Source: a virus (taxonomy: Duplodnaviria; Caudoviricetes). Taken from it: DNA of 61,619 nt. Shown here in pieces: positions 30,363 through 40,375 of the stretch. The stretch's first letter is position 1, and every line of letters begins with the position of its first letter. Below the pieces are notes generated by a model, which saw only the letters and a list, made by a program, of their open reading frames with translations, had not been told where the DNA came from and searched no databases. The position numbers and the translations under genes were made by a program. The DNA is taken from positions 1 to 61,619 of the IMG/VR virus record IMGVR_UViG_3300007541_006356; one strand, 5' to 3'.

Positions 30363-31091
30363 TTATGTGTTTCTAAAATCGTCAGATAATATCTGATAAA
30401 TTTCTTTGTAACGTTTTAGTGATAACCTAATTTCTTTAGTGGTTAACCCAGTCATTTCCCTAAGACTATATAATATCACATTCTTGTTGAATTTATTACC
30501 CTCACCCGCGACAAAATAAGTCTCAAAATTTTCAAATAAATCAACTAATGATAACCCCACTTTTCTTTCATTATCATTTAGTTTATTATCCACCATAAAT
30601 TGTTTGATATTTTCGGTTAATAAAGTCAACAACATACTAACATCCACCTCAGTATCGTCTAACTCGTAAGTGTAAACATCACTAAATTTAACACTAGATA
30701 ATTCTATACCCTCCTCAATTGAGGGTGCGATATCCTCATAACTAATCTTTCTATTCCTATCCCTTTGATCTTTCATTATTTGACCCATCAAATAGTTTTT
30801 GCATATTGTACCAAAATAGGAATACGCTTTTTTGTTTTCTTCTGGGTCAAATTTTTCAGCTTTGGTAATTAAAAATGAAAGAGTATCTGAATGTATATCT
30901 CTATAGTCCATATCACGTCTATAAAGTTTATACCTTCTAATGATACTCTCAATCATTTTATTCAAAGGAAACCTTAGAAAATCGTTATAAATTAAATTTC
31001 TTTCTTCATAGGTAGTTGCGGTCAGAAAACATCTAACCGCGTTTTCTTCCGTGGGGCCAAAGTAATTTTTATCTTTAGACTTCCTTGGCAT
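30363..31091 (-). CDS. Late-transcription sigma factor (T4 gp55-like)
   Basis: KNYF..., sigma region-2-like KFDPEENKKAYSYFGTICKNYL, comparable to the gp55-family FDP..S.N.FAYFTQI pattern. Confidence 0.72.
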   Translation of the reverse strand: MPRKSKDKNYFGPTEENAVRCFLTATTYEERNLIYNDFLRFPLNKMIESIIRRYKLYRRDMDYRDIHSDTLSFLITKAEKFDPEENKKAYSYFGTICKNYLMGQIMKDQRDRNRKISYEDIAPSIEEGIELSSVKFSDVYTYELDDTEVDVSMLLTLLTENIKQFMVDNKLNDNERKVGLSLVDLFENFETYFVAGEGNKFNKNVILYSLREMTGLTTKEIRLSLKRYKEIYQILSDDFRNT

Positions 31092-31094
31092 TTA

Positions 31095-31892
31095 TTAATT
31101 GTTTTCATAACTTATTTCTCTATCAAAAGTGAAAAAATATTCTTTTTTAGCTGTTTCAACCCAAAATGGTGCTTCATCCAAACTTAATTTTTGTGTTGGG
31201 TGATTTTTATAATTCCAAAACAACGACCATTCTCTCATATTTGTATGTTTATACCCTATCTTTGGGATTGTCATAATTTGTAAATCATTATATGTAGCAC
31301 GTAATAAGAACTCATAAGAAAACGCTAATTTAATGCTTGGCTTGAACATACCAATCTCCTCAAATTTTTCTTTCCGATATATAGCACCAGACGTTTGATA
31401 GTTTTGATAGTTTAAAAGTGTGTTGTTATCCAAATAACCTAACTTCTCGGAGAACTTCATAGCCCAAAGTGATTCATTGGTGAAACCTAAAAATGAATTT
31501 TCAGTATTAACTTCAACCACTAATGGCAAAAATATATCGATGTCAGTGTAAGATTCTTGATATCTATCAAAGTTTTTAAACCAATTACGAGAATACTCGT
31601 CATCGAATTCCAAAATAGAAAACCAAGTAGTGTCACAATTCTCCACACCTAAATTAACTTGTGAACAAAAATCAGATTTACCATCATTTTTAATTTTTGT
31701 AATCTTTAGGTTTGTTGGGAACTCATAATCACTTAAAAATCCAACAACATCACTATCATTTGTGTGTACAATTACCACACTATCTACTTTCCTTTCTTGA
31801 TTGTCGATACTCTTTACCGCTCTATCAAAATACTCTTTAAAATCCCCACTTACATCATTAATTGGGATTATAACTGCAATATCTTTACTCAT
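31095..31892 (-). CDS. Glycosyltransferase family 2 (GT-A)
   Basis: IAVIIPI, SQVNLGVE, WFSILEFDD, YEFLLRA. Confidence 0.8.
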   Translation of the reverse strand: MSKDIAVIIPINDVSGDFKEYFDRAVKSIDNQERKVDSVVIVHTNDSDVVGFLSDYEFPTNLKITKIKNDGKSDFCSQVNLGVENCDTTWFSILEFDDEYSRNWFKNFDRYQESYTDIDIFLPLVVEVNTENSFLGFTNESLWAMKFSEKLGYLDNNTLLNYQNYQTSGAIYRKEKFEEIGMFKPSIKLAFSYEFLLRATYNDLQIMTIPKIGYKHTNMREWSLFWNYKNHPTQKLSLDEAPFWVETAKKEYFFTFDREISYENN

Positions 31893-31896
31893 ATTA

Positions 31897-32961
31897 TTAT
31901 TCGTTTTCTACACCGACTGGGGTTAATTTTTCTAAGTTAATTTTGGTTTCTCTAATTTTTCTATCAAAAATAGATTTAAACGTGTTCTCCACGGATGATA
32001 TGAATGATTCTTTTTCATATCCTTCAACAGTTTTAGCCATCGACTCATATAGTTCTTGTGGGATTTCATCCTCCAACCATTTGTTAATGTAAGAACCCAA
32101 AACGTCAACTACTTTGTTAAACTCATATGTCCAAACACCGTTATTTTCTGTCATCCATTCGGGTTGTAGGTTAGGTACCTTCCCAATTACTGGAACACCA
32201 CATTTCATAGACTCCAATGGGAATGTCCCAAAACCAGAAATATCATCCACCCAAACAGAAGCACAAGAGTCAGAAAGACTTTCAGCGAAAGATTCTCTAG
32301 ACATGTTTCTCAAATCTCTAAATGATATCCACTTATATTGGGGGAATTTGAGATAAAATGACTTAATGATTTTCATAGTATCTCTTGGTTCTCTAGTGTG
32401 GATTGAAATGATTGGTGATTGTGGTTTACTTGTCGGTTTGAAATAATTTGGGATATAGAGTTGTATTTCAGACACATCAACGGTAGGCATTAAAGATTTA
32501 ATCATCTCTGTTTGACCTTTAGTTGTGGTTATCACTCTATGTACACCAAATACAGGCCAAGTTGTACCAGGTGGTAATGTTTCCAAAATGTAATCGTATG
32601 ATTGACATAGAATCATTTTTTCACAAGGCATCGATTTAATCTGTTCCAACACGTGACCAAATATTTCTGGTACAATTACCAAGTCTGACAATTCTACATT
32701 TATTTGTTTAGATTCTATCGATACGTGAGGTACTGAAGATAATTCACTACCCAACCATGATTCAACACCCATATAATCATTTTTTTCATGCATAATATAA
32801 GCGTTATACCCTAAATCATTAAGGGTTTTAACTAATTCATAATTGTACGCTATTGAAGCTTTTTGGACACCTTTAGTATCCATAGTTAAAAGAAATATTC
32901 TAGATTTTTTACTATTTAGTTTATCTAGTGTCTCCTGTAGTTTAAAAACCTGTTCTGTCAT
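31897..32961 (-). CDS. Glycosyltransferase, GT-B/GT4-like
   Basis: DLVIVPE, SGFGTFPLESMKCGVPVIG. Confidence 0.78.
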   Translation of the reverse strand: MTEQVFKLQETLDKLNSKKSRIFLLTMDTKGVQKASIAYNYELVKTLNDLGYNAYIMHEKNDYMGVESWLGSELSSVPHVSIESKQINVELSDLVIVPEIFGHVLEQIKSMPCEKMILCQSYDYILETLPPGTTWPVFGVHRVITTTKGQTEMIKSLMPTVDVSEIQLYIPNYFKPTSKPQSPIISIHTREPRDTMKIIKSFYLKFPQYKWISFRDLRNMSRESFAESLSDSCASVWVDDISGFGTFPLESMKCGVPVIGKVPNLQPEWMTENNGVWTYEFNKVVDVLGSYINKWLEDEIPQELYESMAKTVEGYEKESFISSVENTFKSIFDRKIRETKINLEKLTPVGVENE

Positions 32962-32963
32962 AA

Positions 32964-33266
32964 TTATTTACATTTTTTTAATATTTCATACTCGATAAGA
33001 GTGTTCATCGCTAATCTAAAAGGTAATGTGGTCGCGTCCATTCCCGCGGTACCAAGTTTATCATCAACTTCTTCAGCGTAACCCAACAAGACTTCTATCA
33101 TTATTTTAAAAAATTCGAATTTGGGTAGATTTATCTCCATACCTAAATTAATGTCGGTAGATTCGTCAATTTTGTTAACAATCTCTATTTGTTCTACAAA
33201 TTTATCAACGTCTAAATACATGTATTCACCGTTTATTGGTAATTGTTGGTCAGTTAGTTCATTCAT
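32964..33266 (-). CDS. Hypothetical protein
   Basis: 100-aa ORF coupled to both neighbours. Confidence 0.7.
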   Translation of the reverse strand: MNELTDQQLPINGEYMYLDVDKFVEQIEIVNKIDESTDINLGMEINLPKFEFFKIMIEVLLGYAEEVDDKLGTAGMDATTLPFRLAMNTLIEYEILKKCK

Positions 33267-33807
33267 TTGATTTGAAAATTGAAAGTTCGAATACTTCTCT
33301 TATTTTTTTTACTTTGAAAGTAGAGTTACCTCTACAGTTTACGGTAATTAATACTTTTTCTTTTAGTTTATTTTTAATAATATCTGAATCGTTAGTGACG
33401 ATAACATCAAAATCATTCCAAACATTTGGTTTATCGTCTTTAGTTATAAACCTAATGTTTTTAACTTGTGACCCGTATTTAGCTAAAAACCAAAGTGTTG
33501 CGGGTATACCTCTACCTACTTCATCACTCATTAATGTAACATTTAAATGTTTATTTTCCATTAGAAAATTATTTAAGTGAATAAATGAGTTATTTTCAGA
33601 TTCTTTAGCGTGACCAAAAGTCTCCATAGGTGCTTCTTCGTACAAAAATTTTAAGTATTGTTTAGTAGTTTTAAACCCTAATTTTTTCTTAACATTTTTG
33701 TCCGTCAACTCACCATCAATTTCAGATTCATAATATTTTTGATGTACCTCTTTAATTTTACCTAAAAGGTCTCTAAATATACCGTTTATTGATATAGCTA
33801 CGTTCAT
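33259..33807 (-). CDS. HAD/NT5C-like protein with degenerate motif I
   Basis: MNVAISINGIFRD occupies the place of the usual IAIDIDGVLRD; ATLWFLAKY and FDVIVTND segments. ATG at 33807 preferred. Confidence 0.6.
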   Translation of the reverse strand: MNVAISINGIFRDLLGKIKEVHQKYYESEIDGELTDKNVKKKLGFKTTKQYLKFLYEEAPMETFGHAKESENNSFIHLNNFLMENKHLNVTLMSDEVGRGIPATLWFLAKYGSQVKNIRFITKDDKPNVWNDFDVIVTNDSDIIKNKLKEKVLITVNCRGNSTFKVKKIREVFELSIFKSNE

Positions 33808-33829
33808 GAATAATAAAATAGAATATTTA

Positions 33830-34567
33830 TTATGATTGTAAAGAATCAAAAACTTTTTCTATTTTAGTAATTAGTGGGTTTCTAACCACATCATCACTGG
33901 TCAACTGAACACAACCAATTTCTTCGATATTTTTAAAATTTTCCATTAAAAATTTTAAACCATTAGCACCTTTAGAATCTTGTTGTTTTTCATCACCTAA
34001 AAATATCATTTTAGAGTCAGAACCTAAACGTGTCATAATTGTCCTAATATTTTCCACAGAAATGTTTTGGGACTCATCCACAATTATTATGGAATTGTCA
34101 ATATTTATACCTCTCATATACGCGATTGGCATTTCTTCAATTATTTTCAATTCACGTAATTTAGCTGTAATTGTTTGTCCAACTATTTTCTCAAAATTGT
34201 GCACAAATGAAAACATAAAAGGTTCCATTTTTTCTCTCACCCCACCTTTTAAAAATCCAATCTCTTCATTCTTAAGTGTGGTTACTGATTTTACAATTAT
34301 TATTTTTTTGTACTTACTGTAATTCTTAACCAATCTTAAAGCTTCCGCACAAGCTAAGTATGTTTTTCCACAACCAGCGGGACCTGAACAAATAACAATT
34401 TCTTTAGATTTTATGTTATTTACTAGTTCTTTTTGATTGTCGGTTTTACACTTAACATTGACTGTCATTGTGCCGAGAAACTTCTCTTCCTCGGTGTTGG
34501 ATTTGTTGATATATTCCAGAACTTCTAATTCTATGTCTGGATCAATCTTTTTTTTCCGTCTACTCAT
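33830..34567 (-). CDS. phoH: PhoH-family ATPase
   Basis: KTDNQ, GPAGCGKTYLA, EIGFLKG, PIAYMRG, IIVDESQN, TRLG, GDEKQQD, DVVRNPL. Confidence 0.93.
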   Translation of the reverse strand: MSRRKKKIDPDIELEVLEYINKSNTEEEKFLGTMTVNVKCKTDNQKELVNNIKSKEIVICSGPAGCGKTYLACAEALRLVKNYSKYKKIIIVKSVTTLKNEEIGFLKGGVREKMEPFMFSFVHNFEKIVGQTITAKLRELKIIEEMPIAYMRGINIDNSIIIVDESQNISVENIRTIMTRLGSDSKMIFLGDEKQQDSKGANGLKFLMENFKNIEEIGCVQLTSDDVVRNPLITKIEKVFDSLQS

Positions 34568-34611
34568 TATTATTTATTTGATGTTTATTAATTTAAAAAA
34601 AATTACAACAT

Positions 34612-35592
34612 TTATTTATTGTAATAATTTAACCAAAATTCTACCATTTCGTCTAACATGGTTTCGAAAGTATAATCAGGTTTCCAATTAGTTTTCCTCA
34701 CCAATTTAGAACAGTCACCTTTTAAATCGTGTAATTCTTCTGGTCTAAAATGTTTTTCATCCACAACAACATAATCATTGTAGTTTAAATCTAACTTACT
34801 AAAAACGTGTTCACACAACTCTCTAACCGAATGTGAAATACCTGTAGAACAGACAAAATCATCGGGTTCATCTAGTTGTAAGATTTGCCACATAGCTTTC
34901 ACATAATCTTTAGCGTGACCCCAGTCCCGTGTAGCGTTTAAATTGCCCAATTTTAGTTCGGTAGACAAACCTAATTTTATTTTTACCGCTTCCTTACAGA
35001 CTTTGTTTGTCACAAAATTAGTACCCCGTCTAGGTGATTCGTGGTTAAATAGAATACCATTAGAGATGAATAACCCATAAGAGTTTCTATAATTACGACA
35101 AATATTGTAACTAAATACTTTGGCACACCCATATGGTGATACTGGGTTTAAAGGTGTTGTTTCTCGTTGATACCCATCACTATCAATCGTATTGCCAAAC
35201 ATTTCAGAAGATGATGCTTGATATAATTTAGAGTTCGGTGATACCATTCTAATCGATTCTAAAAGATTTAAAGTACCCAATCCTGTCGCTTGTACAGTAT
35301 AAATTGGTTGATCAAAACTAACCCTAACATGTGATTGTGCTGCTAAATTATATATTTCGTCTGGTTGTACCTTTTGTAAAACCCTAACTAATGAAGCCAT
35401 ATCTGTAAGGTCAGCATATTCTAAATTTATTTTATTAAAAATATGATCAATTCTAACTGATTGCGTTTCAGATACAGAATTTCTTTTAACCGTACCCCAT
35501 ACTTCATAACCTTTCTCTAAAAGGAATTCAGCTAAGTAAGAACCATCCTGTCCGTTGATTCCTGTTATTAATGCAACTTTATTTTTAACCAT
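34612..35592 (-). CDS. gmd: GDP-mannose 4,6-dehydratase
   Basis: ALITGINGQDGSYLAEFLL, YNLAAQSHV, YQASSSEMFG, SPYGCAK, GILFNHESPRRG, RDWGHAKDYV. Confidence 0.97.
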   Translation of the reverse strand: MVKNKVALITGINGQDGSYLAEFLLEKGYEVWGTVKRNSVSETQSVRIDHIFNKINLEYADLTDMASLVRVLQKVQPDEIYNLAAQSHVRVSFDQPIYTVQATGLGTLNLLESIRMVSPNSKLYQASSSEMFGNTIDSDGYQRETTPLNPVSPYGCAKVFSYNICRNYRNSYGLFISNGILFNHESPRRGTNFVTNKVCKEAVKIKLGLSTELKLGNLNATRDWGHAKDYVKAMWQILQLDEPDDFVCSTGISHSVRELCEHVFSKLDLNYNDYVVVDEKHFRPEELHDLKGDCSKLVRKTNWKPDYTFETMLDEMVEFWLNYYNK

Positions 35593-36232
35593 CTTTACGT
35601 TTTAATAAAATTCCGTAATCCACAAATCTACCATCCTTAATCCTATCAAACTCTGGGAAAATTTCTGTTACCAGTGACTCGTAATCGTGTTCTCTAATAT
35701 TCTCTATTAAAAAAATGTATTTACTAGACAGTTTTTTCATGTTATATAAAAACTTCTTAGCTTTATCTAAAGATAGATGTATTGTTACAGCTTGAGTGTA
35801 TACAAATTCATATGTCCCCATAGATTCGAAATCACCATCTACCATGTCTTTTACAATAATTCTTTTAGCGAAGTCGTATTTATCTAATTCATAATACTTA
35901 TAACCTAAATCTATTTGTGATTTTGAATAATCACAACCGTTAATTTCGATATTAGGGTTTATTTTACTTATATTAATTAAATGGTGTACACAACCACACC
36001 CACATTCAAAAACACTGTTAACCCCTAATTTATGTACTTGGTGATAAATTTCCTTCCAATTATCGTGTAGGTTATCTTTGAATTCTATTATCCCATCTAC
36101 TTCATCGAAGTCATTAATAATCATATCATGATTATATTGTTTTTGTAAAATATTAATCATTTCTACTTCATAATGTTTTTGGGTATAAGTTTCCCAATTA
36201 AAGTCGTCTTTAGTTTTCATGTTTGTATTCAA
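35585..36232 (-). CDS. Class I SAM-dependent methyltransferase
   Basis: VFECGCGC (motif I), INGCDYS, YEFVYTQAVTIH. Confidence 0.75.
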   Translation of the reverse strand: MNTNMKTKDDFNWETYTQKHYEVEMINILQKQYNHDMIINDFDEVDGIIEFKDNLHDNWKEIYHQVHKLGVNSVFECGCGCVHHLINISKINPNIEINGCDYSKSQIDLGYKYYELDKYDFAKRIIVKDMVDGDFESMGTYEFVYTQAVTIHLSLDKAKKFLYNMKKLSSKYIFLIENIREHDYESLVTEIFPEFDRIKDGRFVDYGILLKRKDG

Positions 36233-37370
36233 AATTTAAAATTGTTGTTATTGTATTTATATCTGTTTCGGAAAGGTTTTGGTGGTTAGGGACATAAAAA
36301 CCCTGTTTATCGATTAATTCACAATTCGGTAAATCATTTTGTGTTTTACCCCACATTGGTTTATTAGCCATATTACCGGCTATTAACGGTCTAACCTCAA
36401 TACCACTTTCTTGTAAAACTTTAACCAAACGTTCTCTTTCGGGGTGTATTATTGGGATAGCGAAACTAGATATGTAATCACCATCACGTTCCCCCAATTT
36501 TAACTCATTAGCAACCATTAGGTCCCTATATTTAAAAAAGTTTTTTCTTCTTTTTTCCGAATAATCATCCAATCTATTAATGACCTTAAGACCTATAAAC
36601 GCCTGTAGGTCAGTTGACCTCAAGTTCATACCAGGAACATAAAAATTATATAATGAGTCAAAATCGGAACATCCATATTTTTCCCTAAGTTCATTCTGTT
36701 TCCATTCAGGTAAATCTCTATCCCAACCATGACTTCTCATCATTAATAATAGGTGGTAAAAGTCTTCATCATTTGTGTTAATAAAACCACCCTCAATAGT
36801 TGATAGGTGGTGCCCGAAATACATCGAAAAGAATGAAGCAAAACCAAATGAACCTAAGTATTGACCTTGGTATTTGGACCCCATACTTTCACATACATCT
36901 TCCAACAATAACACACCATATTCTTCACACAAACGAATAACTTCATCCATATGTGGTACTAAACCTAATGGTGAAACTAAAATCATAACCGATGGGTTAT
37001 GTTCCTTAAACAATTCTTCTAAATGGTTTAAATCACAAGATAAATCCTCTAAGTTACAATCACACATGATAGTTTCATAACCTAACAACATAGGTGAACT
37101 AACATCCGTAGCCCAACTTAAAGCTGGAACCACAATTTTTCCATTCTTTAATTTTCCTGATTGTTTTAACGCTGCAAGTGTCAATAAGATTGATGATGAA
37201 CCTGAATTCACAAATATGGAATATTTAGTACCAATCTTTTCAGACCACTTCTTTTCTAACTCCCAAGTCAATTCACCTTTTGTGAGTCTTGGTATTTCAT
37301 CCTGAGATAACCATTCAATTAAACTATTGATGTCGTCTCGGTTGATTGTGTCGCTTACTAGTTTTATCAT
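36210..37370 (-). CDS. colD: PLP-dependent DegT-family enzyme, ColD-like GDP-4-keto-6-deoxymannose 3-dehydratase
   Basis: VNSGSSS, PALSWATD, LLEDVCESMG, FSMYFGHHLSTIEGG (His where aminotransferases carry the Schiff-base Lys), RSHGWDR, RPLIAGN. Confidence 0.72.
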   Translation of the reverse strand: MIKLVSDTINRDDINSLIEWLSQDEIPRLTKGELTWELEKKWSEKIGTKYSIFVNSGSSSILLTLAALKQSGKLKNGKIVVPALSWATDVSSPMLLGYETIMCDCNLEDLSCDLNHLEELFKEHNPSVMILVSPLGLVPHMDEVIRLCEEYGVLLLEDVCESMGSKYQGQYLGSFGFASFFSMYFGHHLSTIEGGFINTNDEDFYHLLLMMRSHGWDRDLPEWKQNELREKYGCSDFDSLYNFYVPGMNLRSTDLQAFIGLKVINRLDDYSEKRRKNFFKYRDLMVANELKLGERDGDYISSFAIPIIHPERERLVKVLQESGIEVRPLIAGNMANKPMWGKTQNDLPNCELIDKQGFYVPNHQNLSETDINTITTILNFEYKHEN

Positions 37371-38269
37371 ACCTTATAAGTTTTATAATACTCTCTTATA
37401 CCATCCTCTAAATTTATAAAATTGTAGTTAGGTATAAGTCTTTCGAACTTTTCTATACTTAAATCCTTTCTCATCTGACCGTTTGGTTTGGTTTTATCGT
37501 ATCTAATCTCTAAATGCTCTGAATCTGTAGCTTTTAGTGCTATTTTAGCGATATCATTTATAGAAATATTTTCTTTAGTGGCTATATTAAAAGATTCTTT
37601 TATGTCTTTTTCTATTACTATTTTAATTATTTTAGCCATATCACTAGCGTGCATAAATTGTCTTAAGGGTGATCCGTCACCATATAACATTATATGATTT
37701 TCATTATTAAGATTTGCTAGATATATTTTTTTAATTAAAGCTGTCACAAAATGACTTTTATTTTCATCATCTTTGTCAGATTCACCGTATAAATTACAGG
37801 GTGACATATACATATATTCAGTACCATACTCCTCATTACATGAATCTATTTGGACAGCTAAAGCTCTTTTAGCCATACCGTATGAAAAATTAGTTTTTGT
37901 TGGTGGTCCTAGATGCAGGTCTTCCTCCTTCATAGGGTATGTTTCTACCACATCAGGGAATATACAACTACTAAGAATACCTATAAATTTTTTAACTCCA
38001 TATTGTTGTGCGTATTTAACCATAAAAGTATTCATCAGTATATTTTGTTCAAAATACTCAGAAGGGTGATGTATATTATCAAATATACCACCAACTCTAG
38101 CGGCTAAATGAACCACACAATCTGGCTCATGTGTTTCATACATTTTTTTAACTTCCGATTGGATTGTTAAGTCATAATCTTTTGATGACAAATAAACAGC
38201 ATTTGGTAATATATTTTTTAAGTAATTACCTACCAACCCACTACCACCAGTTACAATTATTTTTGGCAT
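37367..38269 (-). CDS. fcl: GDP-L-fucose synthase / GDP-colitose synthase (Fcl/ColC)
   Basis: VTGGSGLVG, HLAARVGGI, LSSCIFP, YGMAKR, PCNLYG, SHFVTAL, GDGSPLRQF, KPNGQMRK. Confidence 0.9.
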   Translation of the reverse strand: MPKIIVTGGSGLVGNYLKNILPNAVYLSSKDYDLTIQSEVKKMYETHEPDCVVHLAARVGGIFDNIHHPSEYFEQNILMNTFMVKYAQQYGVKKFIGILSSCIFPDVVETYPMKEEDLHLGPPTKTNFSYGMAKRALAVQIDSCNEEYGTEYMYMSPCNLYGESDKDDENKSHFVTALIKKIYLANLNNENHIMLYGDGSPLRQFMHASDMAKIIKIVIEKDIKESFNIATKENISINDIAKIALKATDSEHLEIRYDKTKPNGQMRKDLSIEKFERLIPNYNFINLEDGIREYYKTYKV

Positions 38270-38271
38270 AA

Positions 38272-39543
38272 TTAAAAAATTTTAAAATAGTCAAAATTTT
38301 CTTCGTCTTCAAAAAAATCTAAAACCTGTTTAACACACTGGTCTGTGTTGAAATATTGCCATTGTCCCCATCTCCCTAAACCATATAATTTATACTTTTT
38401 ACAGTAATCTAAAATATTACGTATTGCTTGTTTATACGTTTTGGTTGGTAACGGATATGAGTAAATGTTCTCATGTTCATATAATGGTGTCCCCGCTTTC
38501 CATTTTTTATCATTTTCTAACCATCTTTTTCTATTAATATCTGTCATAACCCCCCCCAGTTTACTATATGGTGCAAAGTTGCAAATGTAAAATTCACGGT
38601 GTTGTTCAACATCTAAGTTAGGGATATATTTCCAATGAGCTTTATGTGTGTAAGGTTCTCTTTCCCAAAGAGATATAACGTTACTCAAGTATTCTAAATT
38701 TTCAAACTCTTTTGGAAAATCAAAGTTGTTTAATTCTATGTTTAATTTTGTCCACGGGGATGTGTTAATAATTTTTTTAGTATAATATTCATCATTTATA
38801 CACCACACTTCATTTTCATTATCATAAGTTAATTTTTTCACATCTACGTTTGTTACAATATAATCGGTAACATTCTTTTTAATTGCGTCTAATATGGATT
38901 GGAACCCACCGTATTTAGGGTAAAAAAATGATTTATGACTTACTACTTGTTCGGTAAAATTAGAATTTCTTTCTATAATTGATTTTAAAACCAATTTAAT
39001 ATCTGTTTCAGGTATTTTCACCAACCAATCTGTATTTAATTTTGAAATATCCATGCACCATAATTTTTTATTATATGGTATCATGTAGTTATCCGCGATT
39101 TTATCCCCAAGATAATTTCTAATCCAAGATTCAAAATTTTCATACTTTATGTCCTTACTTGCTGCCGTTAAATAAGAATATAAGTATTCAACTTGTAAAT
39201 CATTAGGTAGTTGCCATAAATTTAATTCTATTGGGAATTCTACTTCATTACCTTCTAAATCGATTATTACTTTTGTGTCATACTTATTAAAATCTTCTTT
39301 AGGGATGTGGTCAAATATCCATTCTAACACTTCAGGATATTTTGAGTGTAGAACATGTCCACCCCCAATATCTAAATAATGTCCGTCTATATTTACCGTT
39401 CTACAAAGACCACCTATTTCTTTTTCGGACTCCAATATTAAAAAGTTTTCATTACCTTTTTGTTGTAATCTTCTACCTGCGGATACTCCGGTGAAACCGC
39501 CTCCAATTATTATATAATCAAATATATTTTGTGATTTTTTCAT
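38272..39543 (-). CDS. FAD-dependent oxidoreductase, UDP-galactopyranose-mutase-like
   Basis: IIGGGFTG, ESEKEIGGLC, DIGGGH, PYNKKLW, FFYPKYGG, GRWGQWQYFNTD. ATG at 39543 preferred. Confidence 0.75.
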   Translation of the reverse strand: MKKSQNIFDYIIIGGGFTGVSAGRRLQQKGNENFLILESEKEIGGLCRTVNIDGHYLDIGGGHVLHSKYPEVLEWIFDHIPKEDFNKYDTKVIIDLEGNEVEFPIELNLWQLPNDLQVEYLYSYLTAASKDIKYENFESWIRNYLGDKIADNYMIPYNKKLWCMDISKLNTDWLVKIPETDIKLVLKSIIERNSNFTEQVVSHKSFFYPKYGGFQSILDAIKKNVTDYIVTNVDVKKLTYDNENEVWCINDEYYTKKIINTSPWTKLNIELNNFDFPKEFENLEYLSNVISLWEREPYTHKAHWKYIPNLDVEQHREFYICNFAPYSKLGGVMTDINRKRWLENDKKWKAGTPLYEHENIYSYPLPTKTYKQAIRNILDYCKKYKLYGLGRWGQWQYFNTDQCVKQVLDFFEDEENFDYFKIF

Positions 39544-40375
39544 AAATTTCTTCAGTTGTTGGTATGTGTTTAATAAAATCAAATTTTACTTTTGAAAAGT
39601 TAATACAATCCGCATAAAAAGATGGATCTCCTCCGTGTTTTTCCATAAGTTTTGTGTTATCGATTATTGTAATATTAATATTATTATGACCAAAAATCAA
39701 GCAAGGATAAACACCTCCGGTCATAGTACTCATAACATTTTTACAGTTTGTATTTCTAACTATTGAACACCAATCTCTATAGTTTTTTATAAATGTTATA
39801 TTTTCACCGTCACACCATTTTTCAGTTTCTTTACCGAACACAAAAGTTTTTATATTGTTTTCATTTAATTTATTTATTAAATCGTACCAAAATTCGTCAG
39901 TCATATTTTTTTCCGTCCAAGCGGCTCTTTTCCTTATTACTAAACATATAAAAGGTGAGTTTAAATCATATTCTCTCAAATCACTCCAATCTACATCAGT
40001 AATTAAATTTTTATCTCTTTCCCAATTTTGATAGAATGGTACATAAGGAATTAATCTTTTCTCTTTAGGCCCACTAGCCATTTGTAAAAATAAACCATTA
40101 TCTAATAAATCAATTGATTCTATATTACCATGATTTAAAATTTGATATTCTTGGTAACTAATCACGTTATCAAATATTTTAGTATAAAGACATTTTCTTT
40201 CTTCAATAGTTACCACACAATCTGATTTATTTATTTTACCTTCTTGTAATAACATAATTAGGTAAAGTCTAGTTATTACTAACTCAGTTGCAATTTCGGT
40301 CACACTTAAAGGGTCGTGTGCGTCACTTGTGGAATCTCCTTTGTATTTATCTTTTGCGACTATAATATATTTCAT
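39518..40375 (-). CDS. Hypothetical protein in the glycan cluster (possible divergent GT-B)
   Basis: 285-aa ORF coupled to both neighbours; only weak GT-like pattern. Confidence 0.6.
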   Translation of the reverse strand: MKYIIVAKDKYKGDSTSDAHDPLSVTEIATELVITRLYLIMLLQEGKINKSDCVVTIEERKCLYTKIFDNVISYQEYQILNHGNIESIDLLDNGLFLQMASGPKEKRLIPYVPFYQNWERDKNLITDVDWSDLREYDLNSPFICLVIRKRAAWTEKNMTDEFWYDLINKLNENNIKTFVFGKETEKWCDGENITFIKNYRDWCSIVRNTNCKNVMSTMTGGVYPCLIFGHNNINITIIDNTKLMEKHGGDPSFYADCINFSKVKFDFIKHIPTTEEIYEKITKYI

